Source: an uncultured Pseudomonadota bacterium (GTDB lineage Bacteria > Myxococcota_A > Polyangia > Fen-1088). From it: 64,000 bases of DNA. How positions within the stretch are numbered: the first letter of the stretch is position 1; each line of letters opens with the position of its first letter. The position numbers and the translations under genes are program-made. Where the stretch lies: assembly GCA_963774325.1 (NCBI GenBank), contig CAVZEF010000002.1:108-64107 (forward strand). The letters are read 5' to 3'. Of this stretch, positions 32,184 to 41,160 are shown one piece after another. The notes under the pieces are model-generated. The model was not told the origin of the DNA. It did not search any database and was given only the letters and a program-made list of their open reading frames with translations.

Positions 32184-33014
32184 CTAGGCCTCGGGCGCGG
32201 GCTCGGCGGCGGGTTCCCCGTCGTTGGTCGAGTCGAGCCGGATCTGACGGACGTCCATCAGCGCATGCTCGGTCTCGTTGGTGGCCAGCAACCGCTGGCC
32301 GAGCCCGACGAACGTGCCCCCCGGCGTCTCGCTCCACTCGGTGCCTCGCGCCATCACCAGCGCCGGGTTCGACGACTTCTCCGATCCCGGATAGCGCGTC
32401 GGGATCAGGCCGACGGTCTCGCCGCCGTTGGCCAGCGTCAGGAACGCCGGCGTCCAGGCGACGTCGCGCAGGTCGGCCGGCTTTTCCATCCGCACCTCGC
32501 TCAGGCGCCCGAACGGAATCCAGTAGTAGCGACCGTTGACGATCGCCTCCAGCATCGGACCGATTCGCTGGTCGGCGTCGCTGATCCACTCGAACGGCTT
32601 GTCATCGATGGCGCCCGACGTCGTGGGCGCGCCTTCCAGCGCCTGCTCGCGCAGCTTCGCCGCCTCTTCGAATTTCTGTTCGCCGGACAGGCGCAACGCC
32701 TCGACCAGCAGCGCCATCCACTCCGCGGGCTTCCCGAAGAGCAGCGGCCGCTGCTTGCCCGCGAAGACCTCGGCGCGCAGCATCTCGCAGCGGAGAACTT
32801 CCTTGTAGGTCGCCATCATCGTGGCGGCGTTGGCATCCATGTCGCCAGCGACCTTGAGCTGGGTCAGCGCCCGGTCCCACTGTCCCATGACCGACAGGAG
32901 CTGGAACAAGAAGATCCGCAGCTTGGGATCCGCCGGCTGCTTGCGCACCTGCGCCTGAAGCTCCGCCAGAGCCTCATCGAGACGCCCCGCGCGCACGCTC
33001 TCTTCAGCGGTCAT
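32184..33014 (-). CDS. tagJ: T6SS accessory protein TagJ (ImpE family)
   Basis: Intact 276-aa ORF. It has an N-terminal TPR-like helical domain and an ImpE-like C-terminal domain (NGRYYWIPF...LSEV...P.DLRDVAW.PA). Confidence 0.75.
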   Translation of the reverse strand: MTAEESVRAGRLDEALAELQAQVRKQPADPKLRIFLFQLLSVMGQWDRALTQLKVAGDMDANAATMMATYKEVLRCEMLRAEVFAGKQRPLLFGKPAEWMALLVEALRLSGEQKFEEAAKLREQALEGAPTTSGAIDDKPFEWISDADQRIGPMLEAIVNGRYYWIPFGRLSEVRMEKPADLRDVAWTPAFLTLANGGETVGLIPTRYPGSEKSSNPALVMARGTEWSETPGGTFVGLGQRLLATNETEHALMDVRQIRLDSTNDGEPAAEPAPEA

Positions 33015-33119
33015 GGCACCCTTTCGTGACGATGGAAGTACCGCGTCCGCCCCGGCGGTCGGACGCGATACTCCTCGTGGCCTGGAGACTGGAGAGGTTC
33101 CCCCCTTCCCAGCGTCCTT

Positions 33120-33613
33120 TTACAGCTTCTTGCCGGCGACGATGTCCCAACCCGACTGGATCGTCGCGTCGGGCGTCCCGTCGGATTTCATCGGGGTGTA
33201 GGCCGTCTGCACCGCGCCGAAGTTCAGCGTGATCGTCTCGGTGTGCGTATCACTGCCGCCCGAGCCGCCGATGGAGTACGACGAAACCAGCACGTCCTTC
33301 AGAATGATCTTCAGGTACTGAACCGCCTTCTTGCCGTTGCCGGCCGACTTCTCGCAGATCAGCGTCGCAGTCGGATACGACGTGCCCGCGCAGCACGGCT
33401 CCGATGTGGTTCGGCGTCGCGGTGTCGACCAGCTTGGTGAAGGTCAGGTCCTGAACATTCACCTTGCCGGCGGTCGAGACCGCTGATGCCGCGGGTCGAG
33501 CCCGACTGAGTCGCGCCCCAGCTCCACGACATGAGCTCGATTTCGCCAGCGTGACCATCCACCTTCGATTCGCCCTTGATGTCGCCCAGTTTCAAAAACA
33601 TATCGCCGGACAT
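33120..33613 (-). pseudogene. hcp: T6SS tube protein Hcp (TssD), two +1 frame changes
   Basis: MSGDMFLKLGDIKGESKVDGHAGEIELMSWSWGATQSGS (ORF 33359..33613) is followed by TAGKVNVQDLTFTKLVDTATPN (ORF 33250..33558). A third frame then reads ...KAVQYLKIILKDVLVSSYSIGGSGGSDTHTETITLNFGAVQTAYTPM...GWDIVAGKKL*. The span is 494 nt, and 494 minus 2 equals 3 x 164. An AGGAG RBS lies 8 nt upstream of the ATG. Confidence 0.88.
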
Positions 33614-33746
33614 GAACGCTCTCCTTGTTTGATGTGACTGCCAGATCCCCAGCCCAATCCGAGGACGGTGCTGCTACTTTTCAGCTGCTTCGAAACAACC
33701 AGTCTGACGATGTCGTCGCGAATCCGACGCGAATCAGCCCGGCAAA

Positions 33747-35241
33747 TCAGCCGGCCTTGGCCGACGGCAGCTTCGAGGTGAGCCGCAGCGAGACGGTCAA
33801 CCCCTCGAGCTGGTAGTGCGGCCGCAGGAAGAACTTCGACGTGTAGTAGCCGGGGTTGCCCTCGACCTCTTCGACGACGACCTCGGCGCGCCGCGAGCGG
33901 CATGCGCGCCTTGGTCTCTTCGCTCGAGTGCTGCGGATCGCCGTCGACGTACTGCATGATCCAGGTCGAGCAGCCAGCTCTGCACCTCTTCGCGCTCCTT
34001 GAAGGATCCGATCTTGTCGCGAACGATGCACTTCAGGTAGTGCGCGAAGCGGCAGGTCGCGAACAGGTACGGCAGGCGCGCCGCCAGGTTCGCGTTCGCG
34101 GTCGCGTCCGGATCGTCGTAGACGCTCGGCTTCTGCAGCGACTGCGCGCCGATGAAGGCGGCGAAGTCGGAGTTCTTCTTGTGGATGAGCGGCATGAAGC
34201 CGTTCTTGGCCAGCTCCGCCTCGCGGCGATCGCTGATCGCGATCTCCGTCGGGCACTTCATGTCGACGCCGCCGTCGTCGGTCGGGAAGGCGTGCGTCGG
34301 CAGCCCCTCGACCGCGCCGCCGGCCTCGATGCCGCGGATGCGCGAGCACCAACCGTACATCTTGAACGACCGGTTGATGTTGGTCGCCATCGCGTAGGCG
34401 GCGTTGGCCCACGCGTACTTGTTGCTGTCGGCGCCCGCGGTGTCCTCCTCGAAGTCGAAGGCCTCGACCGGGTTGGTCTTCGCGCCGTAGGGCGCGCGCG
34501 CCAGGAAGCGCGGCATGGCCAGGCCGAGGTAGCGCGCGTCGTCCGACTCACGCAGCGATCGCCAGCCCGCGTACTCGGGCGTGGTGAAGATCTTGGTGAG
34601 ATCGCGCGGATTCGACAGCTCCTGCCACGACTCCATCTGCATCAGCGTCGGCGACGTGCCCGCGATGAACGGCGCGTGAATCGCCGCCGCGATCTTCGAC
34701 ATCTCACCGAGCAGCTCGACGTCGGGCGCGCTGTGATCGAAGTAGTAGTCGCCGACCAGGCAGCCGTAAGGCTCGCCGCCGAGCTGGCCGAACTCTTCCT
34801 CGTAGAGCCGCTTGAAGATCGGGCTCTGATCCCAGGCCGCGCCCTTGAACTTGCGCAGCGTCTTGTGCAGCTCCTTCTTCGAGATGTTCATCACGCGGAT
34901 CTTCAGCATCTCGTCGGTCTCGGTGTTGTTGACGAGATAGTGCAGGCCGCGCCACGCGCTCTCGAGCTGCTGGAAGTCCTTGTGGTGGATGATCGCGTTG
35001 ATCTGCTCGCTCATCTTCTTGTCGATCTGCGCGATCATCGCGTTGATCGACTCGACGACGTCCGAGCCGATGACGGTGGTCTTCTCCAGCGCCTGCTGCG
35101 CCATGGTCCGGACCGCCGCCTCGACCTCGTCGCGGGCGCGATCGGTCTGCGGCTTGAACTGCTTCGTTCAGCAGCGACGCGAACTCACTGGTTTCAGCGG
35201 TCGTCCGTCGCGGCTTCTTTGGTTTGCTGTGTCTCGGCCAT
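33747..35241 (-). pseudogene. tssC: T6SS sheath large subunit TssC, four +1 frame changes
   Basis: ATG 35241 sits 1 nt after the tssB stop. MAETQQTKEAATDD / AETSEFASLLN / KQFKPQTDRARDEVEAAVRTMAQQALEK... runs into ORF 33797..35104. It then continues as IMQYVDGDPQHSSEETKARMPLAA (ORF 33592..33957) and RRAEVVVEEVEGNPGYYTSKFFLRPHYQLEGLTVSLRL (ORF 33747..34412). The span is 1495 nt, and 1495 minus 4 equals 3 x 497. Confidence 0.9.
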
Positions 35242-35242
35242 G

Positions 35243-35776
35243 TTACTTGTCCTTATCGGCCGAGCCTTCGGCCGGTTGCGCGTCATCAGCCGGTTTCGGT
35301 GCCGAAGCCAAGGTCTTCAGCAATGTCGGGTCGCGCAGTACGTTTCCGATCAGCTCCTCGGCCCCGGTCTTACCGTCCATGTAGGTGACCAGGTTCGACA
35401 GCTGCTGACGCGCCTCGAGAAGCTCGCGAAGCGGAGCCACCTTTCGAGCGATCGCAGCCGGGGAGAAGTCATCCATGTTGTCAAACGTGATGTCGACGGA
35501 CATATTCCCCTGCCCGGTCAGCGTATTCGGCACCTGGAACGCGGCGCGCGGCTTGATGCCCTTCATGCGCTCGTCGAAGTTGTCGACCGAGATCTCGAGG
35601 AACTTACGGTCGGCCACGGCGGGCAGCGGCTCCTTCGGGTTGCCCGACAAATCCGACATGACCCCCATGACGAACGGGAGCTGCACCTTCTTCTGGGCGC
35701 CGTAGAGCTCGACGTCGTATTCGATCTGGACGCGTGGCGCCCGATTCCGTGCGATGAACTTTTGACTGCTGCCCAT
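35243..35776 (-). CDS. tssB: T6SS sheath small subunit TssB
   Basis: Intact 177-aa ORF. PRVQIEYDVELYGAQKKVQLPFVMGVMSDLSG...FLEISVDNFDERM is the canonical TssB/VipA pattern. An AGGAGAG RBS lies upstream. Confidence 0.92.
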   Translation of the reverse strand: MGSSQKFIARNRAPRVQIEYDVELYGAQKKVQLPFVMGVMSDLSGNPKEPLPAVADRKFLEISVDNFDERMKGIKPRAAFQVPNTLTGQGNMSVDITFDNMDDFSPAAIARKVAPLRELLEARQQLSNLVTYMDGKTGAEELIGNVLRDPTLLKTLASAPKPADDAQPAEGSADKDK

Positions 35777-35859
35777 GTGATCTCTCCTGTTGAGAAAAAC
35801 GCTGAAGCGCTACCTGAGTTCCCCTAGCCGCGCCACTTCCCCCCGCCTTCATGCTTGCG

Positions 35860-36897
35860 TCAACCTTCGCTTTGACCGCGCAGCATGTCGACCTTGGAGA
35901 GGCCTTCCGGCACCAGCTCCTTGATCAGGTCGACGAAGCTCATCATGACGAGCTTCTTGCTGCGCTCCATGAACATGGGAATCGGGCTCGATGGCTCGTT
36001 TCTGGCGTAATAGGCGCAGATGGCGTCGAGCGCCCGGATGACGTCCTCGCGCGAGCTGATGGCGCCGCCGAAGGCGCGCGCGGGCGCGGCGCCGTTGCTG
36101 CCGTTCTGCGCCACCGCTCCGTCGGCGGCGGGCGCGTCGGCGCTGGTGGCGGTGCGCTGCGCCAGCTTGCCGGCGACGTAGTTGTCGGCCCTGCGCAGCA
36201 GCGCCGGCAGCTTGCCGAAGCTCGCCGCTGCCGAAGCGTCGACGCGCGACGCGATCGCCTCCTCGAGCCCCTTCAGCGACTCGACGCAGGCGTGCAGTGC
36301 CTTGGCGGTCTCGTCGAGCCCGGCGAGGTCGACCTCCATCGCCGCGCCGTCGATCGTCGCCATCGTCGCCGGCGACGGCGCGCCGTCAGCGGCCGCGGGC
36401 GGGGGCACGTCGCCGCCGGCGATCTCGAGATCGCGCAGCGAAAAGCGACCGAGCGCACGCGACGAGATGATCGGAGTCGCGCGCACCGCGGCCAGCATCG
36501 GCGTATCCGAGAAGCTGGAGAAGACGTTCACGCGCATCGTCGGGTCGTTGTCGTCGGAGGGATCGAGGCGTGGGTGCACGCCGTCCCAGTAGCGTTCGAC
36601 GAGGCCGCGCAGCAGGCCGAGCCCCGTCGCCAGCCCCGACCAGCCGTTGTTGCGCAAGAGCGCGCGCGTCAGATGGCCCGCGACGCGCAAGTCCTTGCTA
36701 CGCGCGAGGAACTCGGTGGTCTTTTTCTGGAGAGTCTTCCAGTCCGGCTCCTCGGCGGGGACGATGGTGGTCCCGATCTGCTGCTCAGGTTTACCCTGGG
36801 ACAGCCGATCGATCTCCGAGAACGAAGCGTCGTACTCCAGATCGACCCCGCACTGGTCATCGGGGCTCACGGGGGCTAGTAGGGTTTCGAGATCCAT
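35860..36897 (-). CDS. tssA: T6SS protein TssA (ImpA N-terminal domain)
   Basis: Intact 345-aa ORF. LLAPVSPDDQCGVDLEYDASFSEI...EPDW is the ImpA_N signature. The C-terminal EPSSPIPMFMERSKKL is typical of short TssA proteins. Confidence 0.85.
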   Translation of the reverse strand: MDLETLLAPVSPDDQCGVDLEYDASFSEIDRLSQGKPEQQIGTTIVPAEEPDWKTLQKKTTEFLARSKDLRVAGHLTRALLRNNGWSGLATGLGLLRGLVERYWDGVHPRLDPSDDNDPTMRVNVFSSFSDTPMLAAVRATPIISSRALGRFSLRDLEIAGGDVPPPAAADGAPSPATMATIDGAAMEVDLAGLDETAKALHACVESLKGLEEAIASRVDASAAASFGKLPALLRRADNYVAGKLAQRTATSADAPAADGAVAQNGSNGAAPARAFGGAISSREDVIRALDAICAYYARNEPSSPIPMFMERSKKLVMMSFVDLIKELVPEGLSKVDMLRGQSEG

Positions 36898-36927
36898 GGT
36901 GGTCGCAGCTCTGCTAGTAAATCGTGC

Positions 36928-36958
36928 ATATTAGCCTTTACCTTCCGCCGGTTGTCAA
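36928..36958 (-). promoter_or_regulatory. candidate sigma70-type promoter of the tssA operon
   Basis: The - strand reads TTGACA (36958-36953), 19 nt, then TAATAT (36933-36928). Alternatively TTGACA-17 nt-GCTAAT. The -10 ends 30 nt upstream of the tssA ATG and lies in an AT-rich patch that stands out from the GC-rich background. Confidence 0.35.
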
Positions 36959-36975
36959 TCAGGTTGCGCTTCGCC

Positions 36976-37034
36976 ATGCGCTCCGCGGTGCGCTCCGTGG
37001 TGCGCTCCGTGGTGCGCTCCGTGCCCGCTCCGGA
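36976..37034. repeat. 12-bp direct tandem repeat array (gtgcgctccgtg x3 perfect plus flanking degenerate copies) in the tssA/tagH divergent intergenic region
   Basis: The units are 36976 atgcgctccgcg, then gtgcgctccgtg at 36988, 37000 and 37012. A fifth CGCTCCG core lies at 37026-37032. A CGGTTGTCA motif flanks the array on both sides (36949-36957 and 37048-37056). Confidence 0.85.
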
Positions 37035-37100
37035 TCTGCGCGCGCGGCGGTTGTCACGATCGGCTATGATGACGGCCTCCGTCCTGCAGGGCGCTGACTG

Positions 37101-38259
37101 ATGATTCTCGAGGTTCAGATAACCGACCCCAAGACCGGCTCGAGCCGGAAGATGCGTTTCTCCCACTCGCCGGTCCGCATCGGGCGCAACCAGCTGAACG
37201 ATCTGTCGCTCGACACGCCGTTCGTCTCGGAGTGGCACGGGACGATCCGCTTCGACAATCGCAGCGTCGCGTACTTCGACCTCGGCTCGACCAACGGGTC
37301 GAATGCTCGACGGGAAACGCCTGACCAAGAACGTCGCCGTGGAGCTGACGGAGGCGTCGCGCCTACAAGTGGGTGGCCTCGAGCTGTCGGTCTCGGTGCA
37401 ACAGGCGGACAGCGGGCTCGGCAAGACGCTGGGATGGGGCCGGCCCGACGATCGCCCCTCGCAACCGGCGCCGGCACCGGCGGTGATCCGCTCGCCCGAT
37501 CGTCCGAAGTCCGGTGGGCCGGGCTCGGCGTCGCCGTTCGCGAGCTATCACCCCGACGTCAGCAGCCCGGGGCTGCGGCCGTCGCCTGTCGGGGATGCCT
37601 CACGCGACGCCACCGCACGGGCCGGGCCCGTCGCCGGCGGGCCACGCGGGCGCGCGCGGATCGATGCATGGCCCCTCGCCGGGCGCCGGTCGCGTCGGCG
37701 CCCGGTGTCGGTCCATCGCCGGCGGCCTGCGCGCAGGCTCGGCCGACCTGGTCGCGCGCCAGCGCCAGCTGCTGGAGGCGTTCGCCGAGTCGTTCGTCGG
37801 CCTGCGCAAGGGCTACGAGCAGTTCGGCGCCGAGGTCGGCGTTCGCACGATCCACGGCAAGTCGGCGCTGCATCGGGCGCGCACCGCCGTCCGAGATCCT
37901 CGACTACCTGCTGCAGCCCAACCTGGATCCGGCGGCCGCGGCGCGCGAGCTCATCGCCGTGTTCGCCGACCTGGGCATCCACCACATCGCGATGATGGAG
38001 GCGATCACCGAGGGCGTGCGCTGCGGTGCTGCAGTCGCTCGATCCGCGCGCCAACGAGCTGGACATCGGCGCGGGCGGGATCCTGTCGCGCGGCAAGACC
38101 AAGGCGCAGTGGAAGAGTTACCTGGAGCGGTTCGATCAGCTGGTCACCGACGACGACGAGCTGCACACGGCGATCTTCAGCGACGACTTCGCGCGCGCCT
38201 ACGCCAGCGTCACGCTGGGCGAAGAGGGCGTGCGCCGGAAAAAAGAGGACAAGAAATGA
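37101..38259 (+). pseudogene. tagH: T6SS-associated FHA-domain protein (TagH/Fha-like), four +1 frame changes
   Basis: The N-terminal FHA domain reads MRFSHSPVRIGRNQLNDLSLDTPFVSEWHGTIRFDNRSVAYFDLGSTNGS / MLDGKRLTKNVAVELTEASRLQVGGLEL. A Pro-rich linker follows, then the C-terminal region LVARQRQLLEAFAESFVGLRKGYEQFG..., ILDYLLQPNLD...IAMMEAITEGV and MLQSLDP...WKSYLERFDQL. The frames run 37101, 37303, 37514, 37101, 38026. The span is 1159 nt, and 1159 minus 4 equals 3 x 385. Confidence 0.8.
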
Positions 38260-39228
38260 ACCTTGCCGCGCGCGCCGGCCGCGCCTCTGCGCGCAGGCCG
38301 GCCCTGGGGATCTGTCTCGCCGCCGCGCTCGCCGTCACCGGCGTCGTCCCGGGGTCGCGGATGCCAGCCGCGCGCGCGCCCGATGGTGGCGGGCCCGGCG
38401 CGCCCGTGCACGGTCGCCACGACCATCGGCGCCGACAAGCCGATGCGCGACCGCGTCTTCCCGTCGCAGTACTGGTTCGCGCTGCTGCTGCAGGGCTATC
38501 AGATGACCGGCGAGCTGGCGCGACCGGCGCTGAGCTGCAGCGGCACACCGATCAATCTCGAAGGCGACGGCTGCCCCGGTGAGACGTCGGCCGTGCGGGT
38601 CAACCCGGGCGCGATCGTTTCGAACCGCGACGTGACGGTGGTCAACATCACCGACTCGCGGCGGCTGGTGTGGGCAGTGACCGATCGCTACGCCGACGGC
38701 CAGGGCGAAGGCCCGGTCGCGCTCGTCGACATCGAGCCGCAGGGGCTGGCGGTGCGCGCGAGCGGCGTGCTGCGCGCCTATCCCGAGAACCCGTCGCTGC
38801 GACTCGCGCGCCTCGGGACCGGAACGGTGCTGGTGGCGGACGGCGAGTACTGCTCGAAGCCGGCGTCCTGCGAGCGCGCGACGCGCATCATGCCGCTGGT
38901 CGGCGACCACTTCGTCAACAAGCCGCTGGTCGACGACAAGGCCGCGTGCCTGGGCCCGGCGTTTTTCCCGATGCACCAGGCCGGCGTCGCCCACGGGCGC
39001 AAGCGCGCGAAGTACGACATCTCGGTGTCGATCACCTACGGCCCCGACAACATCTCGGTCCGCGAGCAGCTGGGGCTGAGCGGCGCGGAGCCGGCATCAG
39101 ACACGGGAACGGGATCCTTCGTGACGCGCGTGCAGTCGGAGCGGCAGGTGACGTTGAAGGACGGGAGCCTGGTGGCGACGGCGCCGTCGATCCTGGCGCG
39201 CTGGCTGGCGCAGCAGCAGCAGCTCTAG
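38256..39228 (+). pseudogene. hypothetical exported Cys-containing protein translationally coupled to tagH; one frame change near 38405
   Basis: ATG 38256 overlaps the tagH stop (ATGA). A signal-like N-terminus (RRPALGICLAAALAVTGVVPG) is in the frame of ORF 37101. The rest is in ORF 38263..39228 (...YWFALLLQGYQMTGELARPALSCSG...CPGE...). The span is 973 nt (3n+1). No family recognised. Confidence 0.5.
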
Positions 39229-41160
39229 TTCCTCTGGCGGGCGACTCGGCGGCCGTCGTGCGGCCTCGGCCGGAGCTGGGCTCGCTCGACAGGTTGCCGG
39301 CGCTCGCCGACTTGAAGATGAAGAGGCCGTCGCCGATGCCGATGGTCTCGCCGTCGGTGAGCGGGCAGCGCTTGTCGACCGCGGAGCCCTCGACGGTGAC
39401 CGGACCGCCGAGCGGCGCGATCGCGAACTCGCCGCCGTCGAGCGTGATCTCGGCGTGCTCGGCGGCGACGGTGTGATCCTGCGACAGGCGGATCTGAGCA
39501 ACTCCCCGACGAGACCGATGACCGTGCGCTGCGTCGCCGAGCCGCAGCGTCTCGCCGCGCCGGCCGGCGCCGCCCGCGCGCACCAGCCAGCCGACGACGA
39601 TGCCCAGCGCGCCGACGCGCGTGCGCAGCGTGTCCTGGATCGCGACCACGGCGCCGCGCGCGCGCGGCGTGCCCAGCGCCGGGTGCGACGACGCGGCGGC
39701 GCGCAGCGCCTCGGCCAGGCGATCCAGGCCCAGGCTGGTGAACGCGGTGCACTCGTCGGCGCCCACGCGCGCCGCCACCGTGGCCGCCGCCTGATCCGGC
39801 GGCGTGCGGTTGCTGACCGCATCGGCCAGCACCGCCGCCAGCGCGTCGTCGAGCATCGGGCTGTCGACGGACTTCTTCGCGAGCAGGTCGCGGATCTCCT
39901 GCATGCGCAGCCGGCCGGGGCGCGTGCGGAAGTACGGGAAGCGCGGATCGGAGAAGACCTCCTGATCCAGGTTCGCGAGCTCGCCGATCGACTCCGGGAT
40001 AGTTGCGCGTCAGCTCGTCGACCGCTCGCCGGGGCGAGGCGCCGCGCCGGATGAGATCGTGCGCCGCCTGCAGGATCTCGTCGTCGCCGCCGCCGCCGCT
40101 CGCCGGTCGCCGGCGCATGAAGACGATCACCCGCCGGCCAGCAGCGCCAGCACGCCGACGCCGCCGAGCAGCAGCGAGCGCAGCTTGCCGGGGCCGATCG
40201 AGACCGCGCCCATGTCGGCGCCGAGCCGCTGCCCGCCACCGACGTTGAGCCGTGACGGACAGGTGGTGCGAGCCGCCCAGCAGGTGCCAGCCGAACGGCG
40301 TCGCCACGCGGACACGCAGCAGGTCGGCGATGCCCTGCCCCAGCGACTCGAGCGCGTTCTCGAGATCCTGCGGCTGGTCGAGCATGCGCAGCACGCCGCC
40401 CGCGGCGTCGTGGAAGTCGCTGAGGTTCGACGTCGCCTGCGCGCGATCGGCGTCGGGCGCCGGGAACGCCACCACCAGCGGCGTGACCCCCGCCTTGCGG
40501 ATCTCGCGCCCGAGCGCCGCGAAGTCGCCCGGCCCCTCCCCCTTGGGATCGGCGAAGTCGCGCCCGTCGGTGACCACGACCAGGATGCGCAACGGCGCCG
40601 GGTCGGCCGCCAGGTCGGCGAGATCCAGCCGCACCGCTTCGATCAGGTTGGGGCGGTTGCCGTCGATGTACGGCACGTCGCCGAGGCGGCTGACGTCGGC
40701 GGCGGTCAGGCGCGCGCGGCCCTGGCGCATGCGCCCGTAGACGGTCGGGATAGACCACGGTCCGCGAGGGCACGCGCTGGAAGAACGCCTGGATACCGTC
40801 GAGCACGCCGGGCGGGATGTGCTCGATCCAGAGGTAGACCAGGCCGACCGACACCGGCGGCTTCCAGGTCTTGTTGCCCTCGGCGGCCGTCGTCGACCAG
40901 TCGGACAGCGACTGGGTCACCGGCGGCGCGTCCGACTTCTGCCCGTCGATGGTCAGCTCCAGGCTGGTCGGCTTCAGCGAACGGCCGGCGTCGTTGAAGC
41001 CGCCCACGAAGAACGTCAGCTCGTCGGTCTCGGCGTCCACGACCGGCCGCGTGGTGATCAGCGCCGGCCCGACGGCCGCCGCCGTGCCCGGCAACATCGG
41101 GAGCACGAGCGCGAGCGCCGTGGCGATCGCAGCGGGGGTTCGCCGTCGGCTGATGGTCAT
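39225..41160 (-). pseudogene. signal peptide - vWA-like periplasmic domain - TM - cytoplasmic FHA domain protein; many frame changes; 3' end uncertain
   Basis: The parts are a signal peptide (MTISRRRTPAAIATALALVLPMLPGTAAA) and a vWA-like half (LRILVVVTDGRDFADPKGEG...GVTPLVVAFP). A TM helix LLLGGVGVLALLAGGVIVFM is followed by RRR. A C-terminal FHA domain follows (AEHAEITLDGGEFAIAPLGGPVTVEGSAVDKRCPLTDGETIGIGDGLFIFKSA). I could not see a MIDAS DxSxS motif. ATG 41160 overlaps the upstream stop (ATGA). Confidence 0.65.

Noticed and set aside
33902-35827. A 641-aa + strand ORF. Similar long ORFs occur at 26475..28502, 24593..25840, 49336..50802, 59376..60929 and 63-64 kb.
   Set aside because: All lie antisense to genes with strong family motifs (tssC/tssB, clpV, the TPR-MTase, GH3, GH30). 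Their compositions are Arg/Ala/Asp-rich with no recognisable domains. High GC content suppresses stop codons on the opposite strand.
36976-37034. The tandem arrays here and at 47271-47318, considered as possible CRISPR arrays.
   Set aside because: The units are only 12 bp and directly abut one another with no spacers. No cas genes are present in the window.
36876-37424. An ORF translating the 12-bp array as RTTERTTERTAER.
   Set aside because: It lies in the divergent intergenic region and antisense to the tagH 5' end. It has no start context and no coding bias. The repeats are better explained as DNA-level regulatory or microsatellite sequence.
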